Source: Macrostomum hystrix (Eukaryota > Animalia > Platyhelminthes). From it: a stretch of DNA of 64,000 nucleotides. Numbering within the stretch: position 1 is the stretch's first letter; the number at the start of each line of letters is the position of its first letter. The stretch is taken from contig CATNEN010000014.1 in assembly GCA_950097015.1 (NCBI GenBank), positions 1,860,001 through 1,924,000 on the forward strand, written 5' to 3'. The notes below the pieces were generated by a model that made no database searches, had not been told where the DNA came from, and saw nothing but the letters and a program-made list of their open reading frames with translations. Shown here piece by piece: positions 48,772 through 59,177 of the stretch. The position numbers were made by a program, and so were the translations under genes.

Positions 48772-50600
48772 GGTTGCGAGTCAGTCCTTGCTCTGCAAAG
48801 ATCTCGATTCGCAGTTCTTCAATTTCACAATTGAAAATAGAATATTACAAATGAAAAGAATATTGTATGGAAAAATGTACTGTATACACTATCAATCATA
48901 GCCCACAATGGAACTAGACTAGACAATATTTTTTATATAATAATACTTGTGCTTTTTAGCAACTAGCTACATTAATATTGTTGTCTAGATTCTCATCTTA
49001 TAACATTGATTTCTTACAGTATCTTTTGAACCAAAACATGGCAAGGCCAGACTATCATGCTGATTCTGACCATCAGAAATCATCTAATGGCTATTAGAAC
49101 TAACACCCATCACAGTGCCTCAATTCTGCTATCAATTTCACAATTATCAGCATCGCATATCATTTGGAGTAGTGGTATTAATTAAGCAAGATGCCATAAG
49201 GATAGGCTGGGCATTATTGACATGGCACCATGTGGATAATTCTAGAATTATTGGCACAGGTATCAGGTATGTCATCATCATCATCCATGGGTCAAGAGGT
49301 ACATAATCTAAGGCGTATAGCAGAATATGCAAATAAAACAATCAGTACTCTTATGTTTAGAATACACAAAGAACATGACAATGATAAATGCTACTATTTT
49401 GTTGTGCACCTAATTATTAATTTATTGCCTAGGCTATGGGTATAATATAGGCAATATAACTAGCTAATTAGGTCTTTATTTCATATTAAAGATAGCTAGC
49501 CTATATATGATATTGGCTAACCTACTATACAATGCAGTACATATTGTAATCAGAGACAAACATGAAAAAATAGCCTCTTTCTTAGAAATTGTTTTCCAAA
49601 AAAGAAATACTTAAATGTTAAAATGCACCACTTTTGTTTTAATGCACCATTGGTTTTAATGCAATTGAGATAGGGCTACGTTTATTTTCTTTGAAATATG
49701 TTACTTTTTGTTTGAATACACTTTGATTTGTTAAAATACACCAAATTTTTTTATGCACTGAATGCAGCAAAATAAAAAAATTATAATGAAGTGGAGAAGG
49801 GGAGTGAAAAAACAGTATAAATACATGAGTGAAAGGGAGAAGAAATTAACCCTCGTTTGAGACTGTGTTCAGAATAAAGAAAGCTTGAATCTTGAAGTGT
49901 TTGTGTTGAAATTATTTGAAAGAGACATTGTAAAAGAGAAGTAAACAGAGTAAAGGAGAGCTGTAAATCTAGATCCACTGGTAAAGCCCAGGATGGACTG
50001 AAGATTTGAATGAAGATTGAATGAAGAGTACTTGAAAAGTGATAAAGACAGATAAAGACTGATAAAGAGTACTTATAGAAATAATACAGTAAAGTTATAA
50101 GTAAAAAGTGAATATAGAGGATAGATACCTGCCATATTGAATGTATAATGCTACGAGATTAAATACATAAACATTACCAATTAAATTTGAAATAAGAAAG
50201 TGCATAAAGCAAATAATTAAAAACATTCATAACATTGATATAAAGACAGTATTCAAATAAAGTGTATAAGCACTACAACAAACTTTGGAGATAACTATTA
50301 TAAAATAACCCTGCAACAACTTGGTGGCATTATTAGAATTGAGTTTAGTAAGAAACTAGCAAGTTTTGCCCCCCTTTAGGGAGCAGAAATATTTTTAATT
50401 CGTCTTGTATATACTCTTTAGCAGCTGTATTTTCAGCTTTTTTAAGATCCACCAATTGACAAAAATCCGACCATTGACAATGATCCCACAGTTGAAAATG
50501 ATCCCACAGTTGACAATGATCTCCAGCACAACTATATCTCTGTGAACAAATAAATTCTAATCAAAATATAATATTATATAACTATTCCCACCTTTACTAA

Positions 50601-50881
50601 CATACATGCGCAACCTCCCAAATCTTAGCTGGCCTTGCGACTTAGTTTTTGCTCTCATTTGCGACTTAGTTCGTTTCATTGCTCTATTTACGACTTAGTT
50701 TGCTCTCATTTGCTCTATTTTTCTCTCCCCCTTTTCCTTTTCTTCACGCCTTCCTTTTTTGTCCCTTGGTCCCCCCTTTGATTTTTTTGCGCTTGGTCAA
50801 TTGGTTTTTGCGACTTACCTTGCTTGGCCCTTGTTTCACCCGGCCGATTTGGCCGGGTCGGCCAGGTGTTGCTCATGTATG
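50601..50881. mobile_element. MITE, second copy (8-bp TSD TTTACTAA)
   Basis: Same TIR and body as 29294-29573, with a different 8-bp TSD at 50593-50600 and 50882-50889. Confidence 0.88.
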
Positions 50882-52383
50882 TTTACTAAGGTGCCGCATT
50901 AAAGTCTCAACAATACTAAAATAATTTAAACAGCCCATTTCACGGCTCTCTTTATTGCAAATCAGGAAATCAAAATTAGTTTTACGAAAAAAATCTTAAT
51001 TTAAACAAATAAGGAAGTTTTTTCTTATTCCACATATTCCTGAAAAGTACTGCAAAGCCCTACGACACACTAATGCACCACATTTATAATAGTTTTATTG
51101 AAGTGAAGAAACTTGAGGAGGGACACAAAGAGCTGCATAAATAAATGTGTGAGAGGGAGTAAAAATTTAACATTTTTGTCTTGTGAGAACAACATTTAGA
51201 ATAGTGAATAGTGAAAATTTTGAAATAGCAAAGTTTTTGCCTTAAAGATATATCAAGAGACATTGAGAAAGAGAAGTAAGTAAAGTGAAAGGAAAGCTGT
51301 AACCCTAGATCCACTGGTAAGCCCATGATGGACTGTTCAGAATAATTGTAGATTGATTAGGCCCTATACTTAATAAGACTAAATAAAGATTAATAAAGAG
51401 CAATAAAGACAGATAAATAGCACTAACGACTGATAAAGAGTATTTACAGAAATACTAAAGTAAAATTAAAAGTTCAAATAAATAGAAAGGATAAATATTG
51501 GACATACTAAACATATAGGCCTAATGCAACCATATCAGATACATAACACTACTAATTTGAAATTGAAATAAAAAGCATATAAAGTAAACAACTAAAGACA
51601 ATAATAAGATAGGCCTAGTCATAAGATAATTTCTGAATTAAGTCTCAAAAAACATGTTCATTAGAACAGCCCTAGAACACATGTACAATGTACTAGGCCT
51701 ACAGCTAGCCTTTTCAGTTTTTTATGAACTTGTCATCTATTTTATATATTCAACAAAAAACACCTGCAGGGCTATGTCATTCATTTGGTTTATGATCATT
51801 CTTGTACCTGCACTTTGGTTTGTGATCCTCATATTATTTTCAATATCAGTTATTAGGCTTGCTCATAAGAACCTATAAATTGATAATTGGTGCTTATTTT
51901 AATATCATTAAAAATGATTGTGAACTGAAGGTAGGGGGGTTTCAGTGTTATAATCAATGATCCTAAACTGTTCAATGATCAAGGAAAAGGATCATACATC
52001 CTATAAATCCATGTTGGTTTACAATCATTAAATGGCAGAAATAGGCCTATATGTAATTGATTGTAAACGGAATGTAAGAGGGTTTTGCATTGAATAGTGG
52101 TGGTTAGGCCTATTAAATGTTTTGCATTGCAATGCAGTGTTTTGAATTAAATACCCTAATTGCAATCTAAGTGCAAAATACCTTCAGTTTAGCATTTAGG
52201 ATCATATAAAAGAAAAACTTACATGTTAATGATCATAAACTAAAGCTGAAGGAGTGGTAGCATTTAATAGGATTTTTAATTTAATTTTAACAATAAATTA
52301 AATTTTCAAATTAAAGAATGATTCTATTTTACTGATTTGTAATCAGTAACTTAAGTTAATACACTGATAATGATAGGCCCCCT

Positions 52384-52541
52384 AAAGTATGATTTGTTTG
52401 TTGCATCCTCCACAAGTGGATCCACAAGTGATCCAATACCCATTTCCAACGTCAAAAGTATGTCAAATAAAGTATGATTTGTTTGTTGCATCCTCCACAA
52501 GTGGATCCACAAGTGATCCAATACCCATTTCCAACGTCAAA
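52384..52541. repeat. Two-copy tandem duplication, period 85 bp
   Basis: AAAGTATGATTTGTTTGTTGCATCC...CCAACGTCAAAA starts at 52384 and 52469. Confidence 0.9.
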
Positions 52542-54944
52542 ATGTTTTTCCACATACATAATAGCGGCAATCTGCCATGACAAGTAGTGGACTTAGATTA
52601 TAGAGCCAATCTTGATTATTTAAGAAACTCTATATTTAAGAAACTATTAGGCCTAGTTCTTCAGACACACAAATTAGTCAATTAATTTTTCAGATTTTTT
52701 TATTGTTTAGAAAAAGCACACTTTAAATGAGAATATCTGAAAAAGTACTTGACTAATTTGTGTGTCTGAGGTGTCATTGTGTAGCAGGGACATGCGTCAA
52801 GCAGTTGTAGCAGTATCTGGTGAAATAATTGACCCATGCAGTTGAGGCAGAAATAGGATTATAAGACGCATCTGAAAATGCCGTCAGTGAACACTTTATG
52901 CCCCTGAACTTTAATAATACTAATTTTCATCACCCCGCACTTGAAGGTTACGAACAAGATAAAAAAATAATTAAACGCGGGAAAGTTCATGATCGCCAAA
53001 GTTTCTTCAGTAGCAAATCATTGACGAAACTATTCGTCCCGCAATTTTTTTAAAGCATAGCTCGGCGTCAGAGTCGGACACACACTCTGGTTCGAGAGTT
53101 CGTGTTTTTGTTTTAATTTTCGCTTAAGACTTCGTGAAAAATGTCTGTCGGAAAATGTCTGTCGGGGGGGGGAACCCATACTATTTGGTTTTTTGGTTCT
53201 TTAACTTGTCGATATTTTATACCACAACAGAACACTCTCATTTTAAAGGCCTAAAAATAAATAATATTTTAGCTACAAAAACAGTATGTTTAGTTTGTAG
53301 CAAATTTGAAAATAATAAAATTGTTTAAGCATGATGTTATAATTACTTAATGTTTAAACTTAGACATTTACAGGAAACGTAAAATAAAATACTGCATGTT
53401 GATTATGCATGCACAGTAACATTATTTGCATATTCCAAATTTTAAATTATCAAGTGTTGTAGCCTACGAAGCGTTTTTCTATTAAAAAGTATTAAGATAA
53501 TTTACGTATTAAGTCATTTAGTGTGAAACTTTGAGTCCCAGCTTAATGACCTCAAGTTCGTATTCTATTTTTTATAGTAAATTATTTTTTGTCGACATCT
53601 GAAGAAAAATAGTGAACTCACATCTTATTATTGTTTTTTAATTGAAGCGAATGCTGCATAAATTCAATTGAGGACAGGTTATACTTAAGCATACATGGAA
53701 AAGCTTAAGGAGCTCATGACAAATCAGGTAACTATTTTTTACATGTAGATGACTTAAATTATAAAGCCAATCTTGATTATTTAAGAAACTCTATATTTAA
53801 GAAACTATTAGTTCTTGGTTTTTTGGTTTATCTGACTAAACTCAGTCGTGATAGTGAAGGAATTAGGAATTATGTAACTAGCTATAGCATAAACATGCAT
53901 GACGATTCTATTAAATCACATGTGCACTATCGCCTTCAGTGACAATTGATTTTCTTGGAAGCACTTTTAGTCTCAAATTATGAATTGACGAATAAGGCAG
54001 GGCTGCTTTGTTCACATATCTACAATAATTTTTAATGGATTAACCAGTAGCAGAGAGAGTACAGATAAAAGAAGCTAGATAGCCATAATTGCTTTGAGAC
54101 TATTATATCCATTACTTTCTTATAGATACATAATTTCTAATTCTAATTTTGTTTATAAACCTTTGGTATTGGTTGAAACATTTGTTTAGTCCAGAACCCT
54201 ATGTATGAGTATTAAGTATAGTTGGTACCTGCTACTTTGAGCTACATTAGTTTTTTGTGTTTTTTCTCCCTTTTTAAACTCTTATAATAAACTTTATTAT
54301 TGAGTGGCCTTTGTGTGATTAAATAGTGTTTTTCTTAAAAGCTTTGTATATCTAGTCATGATCTATGTATTCACTAAACTCTAGCTTAAATAATTATTCT
54401 AGTGAAATTATGTCATTTTTCTAGATAGATTTAATTATTGGTTGAAGTAAGTTGCGATTGTTTTATTTTTAATGCTACTGCTTTTAGATTGTTTTCTTTT
54501 CTTATTATTTGCTGTATAATTTCTTTGTGTGAGCTAGGAGACAATAGGTATGAAAAAATTAAACTGTTGAAAATGAGAAACATTTTACCTATTTACTCAA
54601 AATTCATATTTTAGAGTCGCAAAGGCAACAATTCAGCAGATTCAATATGTGGTGCATCAGTAAATCTGTCAGCCATGATGTGCGACCCAGCTGTGGCAAG
54701 ATTTCAGGTTGCAAATTCAGTTTGTTGTTTTTATAATGCCTTTTCTAATGTCTAATTAATTAGTATATCAACTGATACAAGGGCTTCTTAATTATCACCA
54801 TGATTTAAAAAATGCAACATTTTATTTGAAATCTGTTACTACTTAACCTTGAATTTTGATAGAGTAAGAATTATTATTTGCATAGCATTGTTGGAATTCA
54901 ACTTGCTTGCACCACACCTGCAGCAGGCGCATACCCAGCTAGGA

Positions 54945-57900
54945 ATGTTCACACACGACCCGGCGCTGGATCGGGAGCTGCTTGACAGCATCGATCAGGC
55001 CTATTTTGATACAGATCAGGACTCCAGCAGGTTAGAGATTCTGGTAAGCATCCGGTGCTATGTTTTGTATGTTTCATTTCAATATTATGTTTGTTTAACA
55101 TCTGAATCAATTCTTGTTCGATAAGCTACTTTACTCAACCAACTCAACCTCAGAAATTCATAGAGACCTCGGACTCAGCCGCAGACACTGAGGGCATGCG
55201 GCTGAAGATGGAGCAGCTGAAGCGGCAGCACAAGGCGGTTGCTAAGCGAGTCTCCGAGCTGGTGCTGCAGAAGCACCCTGACTATGCCCAGGAGCTGCAG
55301 CGGGTCATGCAGTTGCAGCGTTCGCTGTTAGAGGCCTTCAAAATTTCTAAAGCAGCCCGAATGTAAGACACGCCGCACCTTAACTGCTTTTTAGCGTGAT
55401 TTCTCACCGAATCTCCCAAATCCCACTCATCCTCAATGTCTCTCCCCAGGGGGGTCGGTGGCAGAGCGGTTATCGCGTTTGCCTCTCGCACCACGGTCCC
55501 TAAGTTCGATTCCACGGCGAGGCCACATTTATTTGGGGCGCAGCCGCGGAGAGAAGGCTTGGGGGCTTGTCGTGCAATTTACGCCCTTGAGGGCCAACCT
55601 CCAACAGGCACAGTGAAAGTGTACACTGCCTGACGATGAGAAAGTCCGGGGAAGATGTACACACCTGTGTGAGCGTATGCCTGCGTACAGTATCTGTGTG
55701 CGTGTGTGCTCAGGAGTCAGCGAAATGGGCAGAATGGCCTCCTCGCTGGCTGCGGGTCTAGTGTCACTAAATGATGTGCCACTTCCCGCAGCCCTCCTGC
55801 AATTATTATTATTATTATTATTGTCTCTCCCAAGTCCCAACCGACTCCCATCTCTCTGGCACTCATCCCCAATGTCACTCCCAACCGACTCCCATCTCTC
55901 TGGCACTCATCCCCAATGTCACTCCCAACCGACTCCCATCTCTCTGGCACTCGTCCCCAATGTCACTCCCAACCGACTCCCATCTCTCTGGCACTCATCC
56001 CCAATGTCACTCCCAACCGACTCCCATCTCTCTGGCACTCGTCCCCAATGTCACTCCCAACCGACTCCCATCTCTCTGGCACTCGTCCCCAATGTCACTC
56101 CCAACCGACTCCCATCTCTCTGGCACTCATCCCCAATGTCACTCCATTGCTCGCAGGTCTCTCCGCACCGCGGCGCACACGAACCTGCACTCCTCGGTGA
56201 AGGTGCTGCTTTTCCGGCGTCGCCAGCAGCGCCTGCAGTCTTTGCAGGCCACGCTGGACCAGACTCGGGCATTGTGCGACGCGGACAAGCGGCTGAAGGA
56301 GCTCCTAGAGGAGGAGAACTTTGCCGCCGCAATTCAGCTGTGCCAGGAGTGCCAGCGAGCGGCGGCTCTGCCGATGTACCGCGGCCTGGCCTGCGTCCGC
56401 GAGCTGGCTGCCAAGCTGCAGGACACGGCGGTGATGACGGAGGAGAGCCTGGACCAGGCCATGTGCCGCATGGCTGCTGCTGGCTTCAACTTCACCCTGT
56501 ACGACCGGATACAGAAGGCCTACTGGTGAGGCTTGACTTGTCACTGCTGCCTCACCTGATGATCCCACAGCCTCCTCACCATCTCATCTTGTCCTGTCTT
56601 CCTTCATACTCTCTGCCTTTCTCTTGTCTTCTTTTCACATCATTTGGTGACACTTGACCCGCAGCCAGCGAGGAGGCCATTCTGCCCATTTCGCTGACTC
56701 CTGAGCACACACGCACACAGATACTGTACGCAGGCACACGCTCACACAGGTGTGTACATCTGCCCTGACTTTCTCATCGTCAGGCAGTGTACACTTTCAC
56801 TGTGCCTTGGAGGTTGGCCCTCAAGGGCGTAAATTGCACTACAAGCCCCCAAGCCTTCTCTCCGCGGCTGCGCCCCAAATAAATGTGGCCTCTCTGCCAC
56901 CTACCCCCCTTCCTATCCTCCCTTTCTCCTATTTCCTTAATCCACCCTCCCCAATCCGCTCTCTGTAAACGCCTCTAATCCTGTCTCCGTTATCCCGTCT
57001 CCCTTATCCTGACTTGCCTAATCCCCTTTCTCTAATACCCTCTCTCTAATCCACTCCCTAATCCTCTCTCCCTAATCCACTCTCCCTAATCCACTCTCAC
57101 TAATCCACTCTCCCTAATCCACTCTCACTAATCCACTCTCCCTAATCCACTCTCCCTAATCCACTCTCACTAATCCACACTCCCTAATCCACTCTCACTA
57201 ATCCACTCTCACTAATCCACTCTCACTAATCCACTCTCCCTAATCCACTCTCACTAATCCACACTCCCTAATCCACTCTCACTAATCCACTCTCACTAAT
57301 CCACTCTCACTAATCCACTTTCTCTAAACCCTAATCCAACCTCACTAAATAATCCAATCTCTCTAATCCCGTCTCCCTAATACACTCTCCCTTATCTGCT
57401 CTCCCTAATAATACAGTCTCTAATCCCATTTTTCTAACCCTATCTCCCTAATCAACTTCCCTGATCCCTTTTCACAATTCACTATCCAAAATGTCCTACT
57501 ATACCGCTTTCTTCCTTCCATATATTTAATTTTTATTCGTACCTTTTTTTCTTCTCCGCATTTCTCCACACATCCTCTAAGCCTCTTAAAGCGCCCGAAG
57601 TCGATTGGCGAGCTTTAGCCAGTGAGTGCTTTTGGCAGGATTGGATGAACTTTGTATAAGCTCATATATCTCCCTGTATTTGTGGGCCAGTTATCTAGAA
57701 AACAAACTGTTCTACTCACAGTAGCACATTTCGTATTTTATTACCATTACTTTACACCTGCCGTGTGCATTCATCGCTAACAAAGTGCACTTCAATATCT
57801 CGCAGCCTGCTGGGTAAGTCGCAGTCCGCATTCGACCAGCTGCACATGCACTTTACCAGCACCCTGCACAATGCGGCCTTCCAAATTGTCCTCGGCTACA

Positions 57901-59146
57901 CACAGCTGGGCAGCTCCACAGCCACCGAGAACTTTCAGCGGCAGCAGTACCAGCAGCTCTGCTCTGTGAGTCCGGTTTTCTGAGTCCACTGCCGACCCTG
58001 ATCCTCACAGCTTTGGGTAGAGTTATCCCTGATCCTCACAGCTTTGGGTAGAGTTATCCCAGATCCTCACAGCTTTGGGTAGAGTTATCCCTGATCCTCA
58101 CAGCTTTGGGTAGAGTTATCCCAGATCCTCACAGCTTTGGGTAGAGTTATCCCAGATCCTCACAGCTTTGGGTAGAGTTATCCCAGGTCCTCACAGCTTT
58201 GGGTAGAGTTATCCCTCAACCTCACAGCTTTGGGTAGAGTTATCCCAGATCCTCACAGTTTTAAGTAGAGTTATCCCACATCCTCACAGCTTTGGGTAGA
58301 GTTATCCCAGATCCTCACAGTTTTGGGTAGAGTTATCCCAGATCCTCACAGCTTTGGGTAGAGTTATGCCAGATCCTCACAGCTTTGGGTAGAGTTATCC
58401 CAGATCCTCACAGTTTTGGGTAGAGTTATCCCACATCCTCACAGCTTTGGGTAGAGTTATCCCAGATCCTCACAGCTTTGGGTAGAGTTATCCCAGATCC
58501 TCACAGTTTTGGGTAGAGTTATCCCTCAACCTCACAGCTTTGGGTAGAGTTATCCCAGATCCTCACAGTTTTGGGTAGAGTTATCCCACATCCTCACAGC
58601 TTTGGGTAGAGTTATCCCTGATCCTCACAGTTTTGGGTAGAGTTATCCCAGATCCTCACAGCTTTGGGTAGAGTTATCCCAGATCCTCACAGTTTTGGGT
58701 AGAGTTATCCCAGATCCTCACAGCTTTGGGTAGAGTTATCCCAGATCCTCACAGTTTTGGGTAGAGTTATCCCAGATCCTCACAGTTTTGGGTAGAGTTA
58801 TCCCACATCCTCACAGTTTTGGGTAGAGTTATCCCAGGTCCTCACAGCTTTGGGTAGAGTTATCCCACATCCTCACAGCTTTGGGTAGAGTTATCCCACA
58901 TCCTCACAGCTTTGGGTAGAGTTATCCCACATCCTCACAGCTTTGGGTAGAGTTATCCCAGATTCACATTTGTATTCCCCATATTGTCTAGACTGTATAG
59001 AATCCTGACAAACGCATCCTTTATTTGTATTTTGTTGCCTAGCAACTGCCGCCCGAGTTGTACCTGCCCTGTCTGTCCGACCTGTGCCGGGCGGTCTGGG
59101 AGATCTTGAAAAACTTCTACCAGGTGCTGCAGTATCACCACTCTGC

Positions 59147-59177
<31 letters not shown>

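Noticed and set aside
53055-53105. TAGCTC...GGTTCGAG resembling tRNA A and B boxes
   Set aside because: No cloverleaf, and the B box is incomplete.
55449-55525. tRNA gene call for the SINE head
   Set aside because: A and B boxes are present, but the stems are degenerate and the sequence continues into a shared SINE body with a tail and TSD.
55620-55665. Hammerhead-like CTGACGA...GAAA...GTC in the SINE
   Set aside because: Stems II and III cannot form (CTGACGA-TGA-GAAA-GTC). The segment is better explained as a simple hairpin TGAC/GTCA with a 9-nt loop.
55717-55760. HDV-ribozyme-like words in the SINE tail (GCCTCCTCGCTGGC and GCGAAATGGG)
   Set aside because: They resemble the HDV P3/L3 and J4/2 as recalled, but the order is permuted, no P1/P1.1/P2 partners could be paired, and copy 1 has deleted the L3 part. 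An Infernal or RNArobo HDV search would settle it.
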